Counted from the stretch's first letter, positions 21,075 through 31,033 are shown. The stretch is DNA of 64,000 nt from Nitrospirota bacterium (GCA_963788195.1 CAWBGA010000002.1:320001-384000), one strand, 5' to 3'. Notes: generated by a model not told the origin, from the sequence alone. Made by a program: numbers and translations.

Positions 21075-21545
21075 ATGCCACCCAACACCGCGTCCGCAGC
21101 GACAATGTATCAACACAACCAGGTCACAAACGCCGATCCGGTGCAGTTGATCATGCTCCTCTACAATGGTGCGCTCTTCCGTATTGCTCAGGGCCGACAG
21201 CGGCTCCAGGAGAAGAATCAACTGCACGCCGGTCTCGCCATCAGCAAGGCGCAAGCTATCGTAGGCGAGCTTCGACAGTCCCTCAATCCGAACGCGGGGG
21301 GCGACATCGCGAAGAATTTAGATCGGCTGTATGCCTATCTCCATGAGCTGATGGTGAAGGCGATGGTCGAGAATCGAACTGAACCGTTGGATGAAGCGGT
21401 CAAATTGCTGACCGAGCTGCGCGGGGCCTGGAGCGAGGTGGCGACGCTTGCCACACCTCTCTGGGAAAAGAATCAGGCGGCGGCGCACTCGACGACTCAC
21501 ACAAGTGGATCCTCGGATGCGGTCCGCATGCAGGTGAAAGCTTAA
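21075..21545 (+). CDS. fliS: Flagellin export chaperone FliS copy 2
   Basis: YQHNQV..DPVQLIMLLYNGA, IAKNLDRLY, ELRGAW. Confidence 0.9.
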   Translation: MPPNTASAATMYQHNQVTNADPVQLIMLLYNGALFRIAQGRQRLQEKNQLHAGLAISKAQAIVGELRQSLNPNAGGDIAKNLDRLYAYLHELMVKAMVENRTEPLDEAVKLLTELRGAWSEVATLATPLWEKNQAAAHSTTHTSGSSDAVRMQVKA

Positions 21546-21561
21546 TTTTCTGAGGCAAGCC

Positions 21562-21933
21562 ATGCCGACGCAGGAATTATACACAGCCTACACACGGTTC
21601 ATGACGCTGATGGATCGCGCGACCGAGGCGATTGATCGCAAGGATTTAGATGAAGCCGGCTTGCTAGAAGAGCAGTTGGAATCGTCGACCTCTGAAATGA
21701 AAGCCCTGTTGCTGACCTCTATCGCCAATTCCACAACTCCTGAAGCGGTCGTTGAGTTGAAGCGGCTGCTCGAGCAGGCATTGGATCGTGTGACGAGGAA
21801 TCAGACGCAACTAGCCGGATGGATCGCTGAGACGGGGATGCAAGTTGGAAGACTTAAACAGGGCGCCCGCGCGGTTCACGGCTACGGACCCTCAATTCCC
21901 TCACGCCTGCCCTCATTCGAACAAAGAGCCTGA
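21562..21933 (+). CDS. FliT/FlgN-like helical flagellar chaperone
   Basis: Small all-helical protein after fliS; positional inference. Confidence 0.5.
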   Translation: MPTQELYTAYTRFMTLMDRATEAIDRKDLDEAGLLEEQLESSTSEMKALLLTSIANSTTPEAVVELKRLLEQALDRVTRNQTQLAGWIAETGMQVGRLKQGARAVHGYGPSIPSRLPSFEQRA

Positions 21934-22025
21934 AACCCCACGGTCCTCACATTTCTTTGCGTTTCTATAAGATAAGGATAAGATAGGATAGCAAGTCGAT
22001 CCATGCCCAGGAGCGCTACCATTCC

Positions 22026-22580
22026 ATGCCTCTGAACCGACCGCCTGAAGATCGCCGTGAAGGTGTGCGGGTTGATGATCGTGTCTTGCTCGAATATTGG
22101 CTGGTCAGCGACACGGGCCATACGACGGACACGTTTCGGCGCTTCGGCCAGATTCCGTTACCGGTCACCCCAGAAGCTGGAGAGCCACTCAAGCTTGATC
22201 CACTGGTGGTGCAATGGATGAGCAAGATCGAGTGGACGTTGGAAGCCATTTTGCACACGCTCGAGCACCAGTCCCCGCGAGCGTCCGCCGCCCGTTTGAT
22301 GGATGTCAATGTCAGCGGCGACGGCGTGCGGTTTCTTCCGGAGCGGCCCTTAACCGACGGGGATCTCATTGGGCTCCGCATGGTCCTACCGCCCTTCATC
22401 GTCGTGGAGGCACGCGGAGAAGTTATGCATATCCCTCCGGAACCTGGTGGGCTGGACCCTTCCCATACCGTCGTAGCGCGGTTCACCGACATCGCCGAAG
22501 AAGATCGGGAAAAGGTCATCCGCTATGTCGTGCAGCGTCAGGCTGAACTACAAAGGCGGCAGCTACGCAGCAATCGTTAG
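22026..22580 (+). CDS. PilZ-domain c-di-GMP receptor
   Basis: RxxxR (RREGVR) and NxSxxG (NVSGDG). Confidence 0.8.
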   Translation: MPLNRPPEDRREGVRVDDRVLLEYWLVSDTGHTTDTFRRFGQIPLPVTPEAGEPLKLDPLVVQWMSKIEWTLEAILHTLEHQSPRASAARLMDVNVSGDGVRFLPERPLTDGDLIGLRMVLPPFIVVEARGEVMHIPPEPGGLDPSHTVVARFTDIAEEDREKVIRYVVQRQAELQRRQLRSNR

Positions 22581-22592
22581 CAATATCAAAGA

Positions 22593-24326
22593 TTGGCATC
22601 AATTACCCTCAGATTCTCAGCGACACCAATCGCACGCCTGCGAGTCTTTCATTTCATGTTCCTCCTGCCGTTTCTGCTGAGCTGCTCTACTCATACCCCT
22701 CCAAGTTCCACCTCGGTTTCTCCGGCAGCGGACGACCTTGTGCCCCTAAACGCATATTCGGGCTCACTTCCCGAGCCTCTGGTGGTGTCGGTGTTGAACT
22801 TTGAGGACCGTATCCACCTCCCGCAATTTACCTGGGTGCGCAAAGGCCTGGCGGATATGTTGATTACGGACCTTCGCCAGGGGATCGGTGTCGAAATGGT
22901 TCAGAGGGAACGGCTGGAAGACGTGATGCGGGAACAGTCGCTACAGGCCGCGGGACGGATTGAGGAGAAGACCGCCGTCCGCGTTGGGCGCTTAACGGGC
23001 GCTACAGTGATGCTTTTGGGAAGCGCTACCCGCGTCGGCGATGTCCTAAGACTGGACGCTCATCTTTTAGATGTTGAACGGGGGACCGTCCTGGGCGCCG
23101 CATCTGTTGCCGGTCCTCTTGATGACGTCCTGAGTCTGGAGAAGCAGTTAGCTTCCCGGCTACTAGTGTTGCTTCAGCGCGCTCCAGGACCTATTCAACC
23201 GCTGGCTTCATCCCAGAGTCCTACCAGGAAGGCTGTCGAGACCTTGTACCAAGGCGTGGACGCCGCCGATCGAGGCGACGTTGACGGCGCCTTGTCCAAG
23301 TTTGAAGCCGCCATGGAGAAGGGTCCGCCCTATGCAGATGCCGAACGGCGTTATGAGCGCGCACTCCGGAAGGTCGACACAGCACGGCTGTGGGCTAATG
23401 CGGGGGGGCTGAAAGGCGGCCCGGAAGATCGAAGGCGCCTCGGCGCGAGGATTGCCGATGACCTGTTCCGGGAGGGATTGCTGGCCGAGGTGCAGGCGGA
23501 AGAGGTAGATAGGGGAATCGTGCATCTCCTCATCCGCTTCAGTGACGTCACCATTGAGCGCGTTCGAAAGGAAGTTGAGCGTTTAGGGGGGAGTGCTACC
23601 GAGCAGGCGGGGACGCTGGTTCTTCATCTAGGGCAAGACGAGGTCCATTCCGGGTTTGTGCGGGCCATTGAAACGCGCCGGCGGGTATTTCTTCATGTGC
23701 AGGGCTCCGACGGGGGACAGGTGGCGATCTATTCCCAGTTGAAAGGTTGGAGAGGTCAGGACTGGATCTCAAGCACCCCTGGAGGTGAAGTGCGGCTCTA
23801 TCTAGGGAAGCGACACATACTGGCGTTTCCCTGGCCGGTTGTGTCCTTCGAGCGTGGATCCTTGCGGTACGGGGTCAGTCTGGAGCCGGTGCCTCGTGAG
23901 CAGGCTGTTCTGCAGGTTGAACTGATCAGAACAGGCAATGACGGCCGCGAGACGATGCCAGGAACCACTTCCGAGCTGTCCGAATTGGAGACCGAAGCAC
24001 TTCTCATGGCCATGACCGGGGAGTTTGAACGACGCTGGAATCCGGACTTATGGGAGCGACCGCCGGGACCTGGATATTTGCCAAGTGCCCGACGTTCTAT
24101 TATGGTGTCGGCCCAAATCCAAAACCGAAAAGTCACGCTCCCGCGCATTGTCGGGGGCTCGGGAGATCGATCTTTCGATGAGGCCTGTCTGAATGCGGTT
24201 GAGGGCGCTGACAGTGGCCGTCTGGAGCCACTGCTGGCCCAATTCGAGCGAACTGGGGGAACGATGCGAATGAGGGTCAGCTGCGACCTGCTCAAAGATG
24301 CCCCTTCGCTGCTCGATGGTCGCTAA
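22593..24326 (+). CDS. Lipoprotein with CsgG/FlgO-like domain, TPR-like segment and TonB-C-like tail
   Basis: Lipobox LLSC; GLADMLITDL, VQRERLEDVMREQ, AVRVGRLTGA; tail GSGDRSFDEACLNAV. Confidence 0.65.
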   Translation: MASITLRFSATPIARLRVFHFMFLLPFLLSCSTHTPPSSTSVSPAADDLVPLNAYSGSLPEPLVVSVLNFEDRIHLPQFTWVRKGLADMLITDLRQGIGVEMVQRERLEDVMREQSLQAAGRIEEKTAVRVGRLTGATVMLLGSATRVGDVLRLDAHLLDVERGTVLGAASVAGPLDDVLSLEKQLASRLLVLLQRAPGPIQPLASSQSPTRKAVETLYQGVDAADRGDVDGALSKFEAAMEKGPPYADAERRYERALRKVDTARLWANAGGLKGGPEDRRRLGARIADDLFREGLLAEVQAEEVDRGIVHLLIRFSDVTIERVRKEVERLGGSATEQAGTLVLHLGQDEVHSGFVRAIETRRRVFLHVQGSDGGQVAIYSQLKGWRGQDWISSTPGGEVRLYLGKRHILAFPWPVVSFERGSLRYGVSLEPVPREQAVLQVELIRTGNDGRETMPGTTSELSELETEALLMAMTGEFERRWNPDLWERPPGPGYLPSARRSIMVSAQIQNRKVTLPRIVGGSGDRSFDEACLNAVEGADSGRLEPLLAQFERTGGTMRMRVSCDLLKDAPSLLDGR

Positions 24327-24401
24327 TATTGGACTGTCCGGCATGCCATCAATTATTTGACACTCTTAGTGCGAACTCCGGCCTTTTCCTGACAGGCTTT
24401 C

Positions 24402-24429
24402 TCAAGTTATAGGCTGATTCGGCCGAAAA
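24402..24429 (+). promoter_or_regulatory. sigma28-like promoter of the REC/HK/GGDEF operon
   Basis: TCAAGTTA-N12-GCCGAAAA. Confidence 0.55.
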
Positions 24430-24494
24430 TTAGACTGATAGATACCTAGTTCTATGAGAGGTGAGGGCCGTTTAATGCCTATGAAACAGCGCAT

Positions 24495-24914
24495 TTGGGG
24501 ACAGCCTTGCAGATCGTAATCGTCGAAGACGACCCCATGAACGCGCTCGTCATGAGCAGGATTCTGACTCGCCTAGGTGGCCATGAGGTCACGGTGTTGG
24601 AATCCGTGGAGAAGTTACTCGCTCTAGTCCGCGCCGACAGCGTCGACGTGATCATCATGGACGTGTCGCTCTCAAACACCGAGTTCGAGGGGCGACCGAT
24701 CGATGGCGTCGAATTTACACGTTTGCTGAAGTCCGATAGCTCTAGAACGGTTCCCATTCTGCTCGCAACGGCGCATGCGATGAAAGGGGACGCCGAACGG
24801 TTGATGCTCGAGAGCGGGGCGGATGCGTACATCGCGAAGCCCATCAGCGATCCTCAAGCTTTTGTTGCCAAAGTGGAGGCGTGCGTGCGTAGTGCCACGA
24901 GCCGTATAAAGTGA
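24495..24914 (+). CDS. Single-domain response regulator (DivK/CheY-like)
   Basis: VEDD, IIMD, TAHAMKGD, YIAKP. Confidence 0.9.
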   Translation: MGTALQIVIVEDDPMNALVMSRILTRLGGHEVTVLESVEKLLALVRADSVDVIIMDVSLSNTEFEGRPIDGVEFTRLLKSDSSRTVPILLATAHAMKGDAERLMLESGADAYIAKPISDPQAFVAKVEACVRSATSRIK

Positions 24915-26182
24915 AGGAGACTCCAATCCGCTTGAAGCATGAACTGCCAGCTCCGACCGTCCCGCCGGATGCGAGCATCACCGCCGAAGTGGCGGAAGAG
25001 GCGAATCGCCTAAAGAGTGAGTTCCTCGCCATCACGTCTCACGAGCTGCGTACGCCATTGAACGCGATCCTCGGGAGCCTCAGCATGATCCAGAGCGGCC
25101 TGTGCGATTCACGAGAAGAAGAACTTGAGTTCGTCCGCAAGGCCTACATCAGTTCACAGCACCTCCTGAGCGTCGTTGAAAATCTGCTGGACCTTGAAAA
25201 GATCCAATCCGGAAAACTGCACGCGGGCCTGGAGCCTGTCAGTCTCACAGCGCTCTTTGAGTCCGTCAACCGTCGCACGCTTGGGCTCGCCAGCCAAAAA
25301 GGCCTGACGTTATCCTTTGATGTGCCATACGGATTGGATCTTCAAGTCAGGGGCGACGATGCGCGTCTGCAACAGATCCTTCTCAATCTTGTTGGAAATG
25401 CCATCAAGTTTACGATGAAGGGATCCGTACGGGTTCGTGCCGAGGCCCTCCCCGAAAAAGGTCATGCGATTGTTCTCGTGGAAGACACCGGGGTTGGTGT
25501 CCCACTAGCAAAGCAAGCGAAGCTCTTTCAGGCGTTCGTGCAGGCCGACGGCAGTACGACCCGCAAGTTCGGGGGCACAGGGCTTGGCTTATCTATTTCC
25601 CGACAGCTCATCGAGCTCATGGGAGGGACCTTGACGTTGTTCAGTGAGGGTGATGGAAGAGGTACCCGGATGATACTGACGATCCCTTTGTTCGTCGAAC
25701 CGATCCTCTCCGAGGAACGGGAGGACGACGCGGATCCTCCCCATGACCAGCCTCTTGCGCTTGTTGTAGAAGACGACGGGGCCATCCGGCAGTTTTTGGA
25801 AACCGTGCTCGAAGGAGAGGGCTATCGGACGAAAGGCGTCGAAACAGCAGACGAGGCATTGGCGGCCTTAGCCGTCGAGACCCCCTCCCTGATCACGTTG
25901 GACATTGGTCTTCCCTCCAATGCTCATGCACAACTTCGCACAGGATGGAACCTGCTGCGTGTCATTGATGAATGGATGGCAAGCCACATGCAGGGTGGGC
26001 CGCGGCCGTCTGTCCTGATCGTCTCGGGCCACGATGGCGAGGTGTCTCGGCGTCTCGTGGAAGAGCAGTATTTCTGCGACCCCAAGGTTCTTCCGAAACC
26101 TTTTACCGTGCATCAGCTCGTAGCCGCATTGCCACGGCGAAGTCTCTCGCCGTTGCCGTCAGATGCCGGAGTAGAGTCATGA
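24911..26182 (+). CDS. Hybrid histidine kinase (HisKA-HATPase-REC) with no input domain
   Basis: SHELRTPLN, NAIKFT, DTGVG, GGTGLGL, C-terminal REC. Confidence 0.92.
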   Translation: MKETPIRLKHELPAPTVPPDASITAEVAEEANRLKSEFLAITSHELRTPLNAILGSLSMIQSGLCDSREEELEFVRKAYISSQHLLSVVENLLDLEKIQSGKLHAGLEPVSLTALFESVNRRTLGLASQKGLTLSFDVPYGLDLQVRGDDARLQQILLNLVGNAIKFTMKGSVRVRAEALPEKGHAIVLVEDTGVGVPLAKQAKLFQAFVQADGSTTRKFGGTGLGLSISRQLIELMGGTLTLFSEGDGRGTRMILTIPLFVEPILSEEREDDADPPHDQPLALVVEDDGAIRQFLETVLEGEGYRTKGVETADEALAALAVETPSLITLDIGLPSNAHAQLRTGWNLLRVIDEWMASHMQGGPRPSVLIVSGHDGEVSRRLVEEQYFCDPKVLPKPFTVHQLVAALPRRSLSPLPSDAGVES

Positions 26183-27111
26183 CGGCGATGGCGCACGATC
26201 CTGCCCCCCTAGGTGTTCCGCAAAAGCCCGAGTTGAAAATCCTCGTCGCGGAAGATGATCCCAATTTGAGGATCATTCTAAATAAGCAACTGGCCGGGAA
26301 AGGTCAGCTGCGTCTTGCCGTAGACGGTGCCGACGCGTGGAAGCAGTATCAGGAAGATCCCCCTGACATTCTATTGTCCGATTGGAACATGCCGAACATG
26401 AGTGGACTTGATCTCTGTCGCAAGGTGAAGGCTGTTCCTGGACGCTGCTATGTCATTCTGATGACCGCCCGGGACGCGTTGGACGACAAAGTCGATGCGT
26501 TGGATTACGGCGCGGATGACTACCTGGTTAAACCAGTACATCCCCGGGAGCTAGACGCCCGCATCAAGGCCGCGGCTCGGATCTGTGAAGCGCAACAGTC
26601 CCTGGCGGCGGAGAGTAGATTGGACGGCTTGACCGGATTAAAGAATCGGCGTGCCTTCGAAGAAGCCCTTCCGTATGAAATTGCCAAGGCAGACCGCGCC
26701 GGAAAACCGTTTTGTCTCGTCATGGGTGATGTCAACCGCTTTAAAGACGTTAACGACCAGTACGGACACCAGGTGGGAGACAAAGTGCTCGCGGCAGTAG
26801 GGGGAGTCATGACTCAGAGCCTTCGAAAGATTGATTTCATGTATCGTCTGGGCGGGGACGAATTTGCCGCCATTTTACCCGAGTGCCCCCGGACGGGAGG
26901 AGAGAATTGCTTGCTTCGGCTGAAGAAGGCCGTGACTGCCCTTCGCGTAGACGAGATGCCGGAGGCTGTCGTAATTAGTTGGGGACTGGCGGTGTTTGAT
27001 CCATTGTCTCCTGTGGCAATGGATGTCTTGATCCGCGAGGCCGATCAGGAGATGTATCTGTCAAAGCGCGAGCGGATGACTCCCCTCGAGGGCGGTACGC
27101 TGCAAAGATAA
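26179..27111 (+). CDS. REC-GGDEF diguanylate cyclase (PleD/WspR-like)
   Basis: REC domain; DGLTGLKNRR, I-site RKID, GGDEF. Confidence 0.93.
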   Translation: MTAMAHDPAPLGVPQKPELKILVAEDDPNLRIILNKQLAGKGQLRLAVDGADAWKQYQEDPPDILLSDWNMPNMSGLDLCRKVKAVPGRCYVILMTARDALDDKVDALDYGADDYLVKPVHPRELDARIKAAARICEAQQSLAAESRLDGLTGLKNRRAFEEALPYEIAKADRAGKPFCLVMGDVNRFKDVNDQYGHQVGDKVLAAVGGVMTQSLRKIDFMYRLGGDEFAAILPECPRTGGENCLLRLKKAVTALRVDEMPEAVVISWGLAVFDPLSPVAMDVLIREADQEMYLSKRERMTPLEGGTLQR

Positions 27112-27157
27112 AGGGAAGACTTTTCTATCATTCAGCGCTTTGTGAATGGCAACTCGG

Positions 27158-27185
27158 TCAAGACGAACGGCTTTTCAACCGATAA
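27158..27185 (+). promoter_or_regulatory. sigma28-like promoter of the HD-GYP gene
   Basis: TCAAGACG-N12-ACCGATAA. Confidence 0.55.
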
Positions 27186-27220
27186 TTAGGGGACGCCGTG
27201 TTGTCTTTTGGAAATCTCTG

Positions 27221-28489
27221 ATGAAACATCGAAAGCGCGTGCGAGTCCAAGACCTGCAGGTGGGAATGCGCCTAATCGGCCTCGACAGGCCGTGGATGGA
27301 AACGCCTTTTCTGTGGCATCGGATGGTGCTGCGGGACAAGGGCCAGATTGAGAAAATTACCGCCTGCGGCGCTCAATATGCGGAGATCGAGACCGAAGAG
27401 CTTGTGGAGAAACAAGCCGAGAAACAGGCCATTGAGCATCCCCTAGCAAACCCTAAGGAAGAGGCCTTTCAAGATATTCCCGAGACGCCGCCGCCTGCAC
27501 TTACGGCGGCCCTGCCGGAACCGGTCCCGTTCTCCGAAGAGCTCGCTCCAGCCAACGAAATCTATAACGCGGCAAAGAATCTGCTGCTCGAGGCTGTGGA
27601 AGACGTCCGGATGGGACGAGAGGTTAATGTCGCGGCCGTCATCGGCGTCGTTGAAAATATCCTGGACAGCCTGGTTCGCAATCCCGATACGCTTCCAAGT
27701 CTCACGCAATTAAAAAGCCACGATGAGTATACTTTTTCCCACTCGGTGAATGTCGGCATCCTGGTTGTGGCCTTCGGCCGCCATCACGGGCTGGCGCCGG
27801 ATGCGCTCCTTCGCCTGGGAGTCGGCGGCTTGCTACACGACATCGGCAAGGTCCACGTTCCGTTGTCGATTCTCAATAAACCGGGTCGCTATACAAAGGA
27901 TGAGTACGACGTGATGAAGCGGCATCCTGAGACCGGCGGCGAGATTCTACATCGAACGCCGGGCATTGCGGAAGACTCGATTCACCCGGCGCTGGAGCAT
28001 CATGAGCGAGGAGACGGCACCGGGTATCCCTACAATAAGACCCTCGCCAAAATGAACCCCTTCGGATTGATCACGCAATTGGCTGATGTCTACGACGCAA
28101 TGACCAGCGAACGCGTCTACCACAAAGAGCGACCGCCCTACGAGGTGCTTCGCTATCTGTATGCGCGAGGACAAAGCGGCCACTTTGACCTCAGCATGGT
28201 TCAAAAATTCATTCAGTGTGTGGGTATATATCCCGTCGGAAGCCTCGTCGAATTGAATACCGGCGAGAGCGGCATCGTCATGAGTGTCAACCGCAACTGG
28301 CTCTTAGCGCCCCGGGTGTTGATCACGCAAGGCCGCAATGGGCCTTTATCGCCGCCCTACCTGGAATTGGACCTCGCCGAACCCAACCTGCGCCCTCTGC
28401 GGACGATTATGTCGGTTCAAGACCATTCATCTCTCAACATCAACCTGGCCGATTATCTGGCGAAACCTCAGCATAACCCAGCCGAATGA
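27221..28489 (+). CDS. DUF3391/HD-GYP phosphodiesterase
   Basis: DLQVGM..DRPWMETPF; YTFSHSVNV, LHDIGK, HHERGDGTGYP. Confidence 0.9.
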   Translation: MKHRKRVRVQDLQVGMRLIGLDRPWMETPFLWHRMVLRDKGQIEKITACGAQYAEIETEELVEKQAEKQAIEHPLANPKEEAFQDIPETPPPALTAALPEPVPFSEELAPANEIYNAAKNLLLEAVEDVRMGREVNVAAVIGVVENILDSLVRNPDTLPSLTQLKSHDEYTFSHSVNVGILVVAFGRHHGLAPDALLRLGVGGLLHDIGKVHVPLSILNKPGRYTKDEYDVMKRHPETGGEILHRTPGIAEDSIHPALEHHERGDGTGYPYNKTLAKMNPFGLITQLADVYDAMTSERVYHKERPPYEVLRYLYARGQSGHFDLSMVQKFIQCVGIYPVGSLVELNTGESGIVMSVNRNWLLAPRVLITQGRNGPLSPPYLELDLAEPNLRPLRTIMSVQDHSSLNINLADYLAKPQHNPAE

Positions 28490-29162
28490 GGCATATCGGA
28501 TCTCCCACGATTGCCGTCGGATAGTCTTCATCCTCGACGATACAGCCAAACCCTTGGCGTTCGCACCAATGGGTGATCCACGGAATCTCTTCCACCGAGG
28601 TGGTCACGAGACCAGGCCGATCTAGTTTCTCCAGACAGGCAGCCGCCAGCGCCGTGACGGCACTGCGTTCCATGGTGAACACGTCAGGATCGAACGTGAC
28701 CGGGTTCGCCCGTCCGGAGGACAAGGCTCCGACTTGAGGGAAGCACTCGGGATCGTTAAGGACACTGACAATACACAAGTGATCGACCGTATCCTGTGCC
28801 GTTCGGGCGTCCGCGGCATGGAAGCTGAACGGCAGGCCCCGGCACGCGTGGTTGAGGACCGTCACCTCAGCCGTGCGCAAATTATACGCGTGGACTTCAC
28901 GACCGAGCTCGAGAGTCTCCATGATCAGGGCGGGTATCTCGGCGACTCCCGCGCCTACGTACAAGCTTCGGCCCTTCGGGCGAAGGCGACTGAGCAGAAC
29001 TTCTGCCAGCTGAATTCCAAGCTCCTGCGCGGGTCCTCGCCGCTCCTCCCAAAAAGCCTCTCCGCCTTCGTCGCAATACACAGCGCCGAGTGCAGAATAA
29101 TCGAGCGTGTTAAAGACCTGTATAATGGCGTCGCGGGTTTTCTGGGTGAGATGTCGGGCCAT
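28440..29162 (-). CDS. Hypothetical protein, possible SAM-methyltransferase-like fold
   Basis: 240-aa ORF with SLYVGAGVAE glycine loop. Confidence 0.55.
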   Translation of the reverse strand: MARHLTQKTRDAIIQVFNTLDYSALGAVYCDEGGEAFWEERRGPAQELGIQLAEVLLSRLRPKGRSLYVGAGVAEIPALIMETLELGREVHAYNLRTAEVTVLNHACRGLPFSFHAADARTAQDTVDHLCIVSVLNDPECFPQVGALSSGRANPVTFDPDVFTMERSAVTALAAACLEKLDRPGLVTTSVEEIPWITHWCERQGFGCIVEDEDYPTAIVGDPICLIRLGYAEVSPDNRPG

Positions 29163-29254
29163 TACGGTTTGACTTTCAAGCTTCCGATAAGACCCACCCG
29201 CACGAACGTACTCATTCGCCCGAGACTTGGAAAGAGTTTTTTTGGAGATTTGCC

Positions 29255-30025
29255 GTGTACGCGATCTATCGATTATCGCAGATGTTTCTACAAGTAGAGT
29301 TGTGGATCTTTATGTGCCTTATCGCCGCGGCCTACCTCGCTCTTCGAAGGAGATTCCTGCCGTCGCGGAGACTCTTGCTGCTGGGGCTCCTGCTGATCTA
29401 TTTGATGGGTCTGACGCCCTATCGCCAAGGCGCTCATCGGTCCTCTGGAGACTCGCTATCCCCCGCTGGTTCCCGGACAGGAAGCTTCCGCTGACGCGAT
29501 CGTGGTGATGTCCGGGGGGATACGTTGGCAGCCCCCGATCCATTCGCATACCATCCTGGGCACGGAGAGCCTGGACCGTTTGATCTGCGGCATCCATCTG
29601 TTCAAAGCGGCATCATCGCCATTCCTGGTGCTCACCGGAGGCGACGCCCAAGCCTCTGCGCGGCCCGCTCTGGAAGCGCTTGCCATGCAGGACGAAGCCG
29701 TGCGTTTCGGCATTCCTAAAGAGGCGATTCTGACCGAGACACAATCTCGCACTACGGCAGAGAGCGCCGTCGAGGTGCGGCGTCTGTTGCCGAACGCTCG
29801 GCGCATCGTCGCTCACGACTGCAGCCTACCACCTGCCGCGAACCGTGGCTGTGTTTGAGAAACAGGGGTTTGAGATTATTCCAGCGCCATGCACCTACCA
29901 GGTGACCGGCGAGGAGTTTACACCTACGGACCTTCTGCCTCGGTTGGGCAGCATGAGACTGATCAACTCAGGCGATTCACGAATACGTGGGCATGGCCGT
30001 GTATAAGGCTCTGGACAAATTGTAA
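29255..30025 (+). CDS. YdcF/ElyC (DUF218) membrane protein; frameshifted
   Basis: N-terminal TM segments; IVVMSGG, LVLTGG, ETQSRTTAESA; HLPR and HEYVG in shifted frames. Confidence 0.8.
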
Positions 30026-30076
30026 TTGATCGGCGTCAAGACAGCTTCCAGGTTTGTCTGAAGCCGTCTTTTGGAA

Positions 30077-30430
30077 TCAACGATTTTCTGGCTTGCCGTT
30101 TCCTTGGGTCATCTTTTCCACAATCTCGACGCATTGAATGACAAATAGCCCCTCCTCCCCGCCGGCATATAGGCCTGGGACCACCGCTGCCAATACCACC
30201 GGAGGATCCATCCGAGCCAGAGCGAGGCGCACCGCCTCCCGCATTACATTATTGAACTTCTCACAGTCGGCTTTGCGGAACGGCCCCGCGGTGCGCCACA
30301 CGCCCCAAACGCTGTCCACGGCCATAAAGCGTGGCTCGGCGGCGGCGAAACCCACTTGGGTAAGCAGTAACAAACGGTCAATACCAGTCCCGAATGTCCA
30401 AGGTGAGCATATGATTTTACGAATAACCAC
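30077..30430 (-). CDS. Hypothetical protein
   Basis: 117-aa ORF, no motif recognised. Confidence 0.35.
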   Translation of the reverse strand: MVIRKIICSPWTFGTGIDRLLLLTQVGFAAAEPRFMAVDSVWGVWRTAGPFRKADCEKFNNVMREAVRLALARMDPPVVLAAVVPGLYAGGEEGLFVIQCVEIVEKMTQGNGKPENR

Positions 30431-30622
30431 GATGCCGCGTGCCTCCAGATTCGCTCGCGTGCTCAGACCATCAAGACGAGAGCAGACTATACCTGATAAT
30501 TCTTAATGGGGATGACTAAGAAGGAGGGAACGGCATTCCTTCGGGGTACTGCCGGTTAAGTACAGTGTTCGGCATCACCTCGAACTTTATGAATGAGCGG
30601 CTTGGCCCTGAAGTCTAGCCTG

Positions 30623-30787
30623 CTAACGCGGGTGGTAGGTTGTCTCTGGCTCTATAACGACGGGAGGGCCCTCGCAACCAACGACACGGTTCTGGTTTTG
30701 GAGGATCTTCAATTGATCTTGTAACTCCGCGTTCTTTGCGCGTTCGCGTTTCAACGCGGATACCAGGCTTGCGATGATGTCTTGCAC
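30623..30787 (-). CDS. Small coiled-coil protein (54 aa, MQDIIASLVSALKRERAKNAELQDQL...)
   Basis: GTG start, SD GGAGAGG, upstream TTGACG-N16-TATAGT (30812-30839). Confidence 0.55.
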   Translation of the reverse strand: MQDIIASLVSALKRERAKNAELQDQLKILQNQNRVVGCEGPPVVIEPETTYHPR

Positions 30788-31033
30788 TTAGACCTCTCCC
30801 TTAAGTTGCGCACTATACTCCTTTATGGGTAGGCGTCAAGTCTGGGGTGACCATGGGTTTGCGAACGACGGGAGTTACGTTCTGGTGCGACGGATGGTTG
30901 AATAAGCCGCCCATCTGGTGGACGGCGTTTCCCCGAGAGGGCGTCAGGCAATGGGTCTTGAGCTGCTGGATTTCTGTAGATTTCGGTCCGGTGATATGCG
31001 TTATTTTTCCTATACACAAGTGGCATCGCTCCG

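Noticed and set aside
21966..21991. GATAA/GATAG short tandem repeat
   Set aside because: Short, imperfect, low-complexity; no supportable function.
30568..30577. TTCGGCATCA as an att duplicate of the tRNA-Leu 3' end
   Set aside because: Short, mismatched, in the wrong orientation, and no integrase is present.
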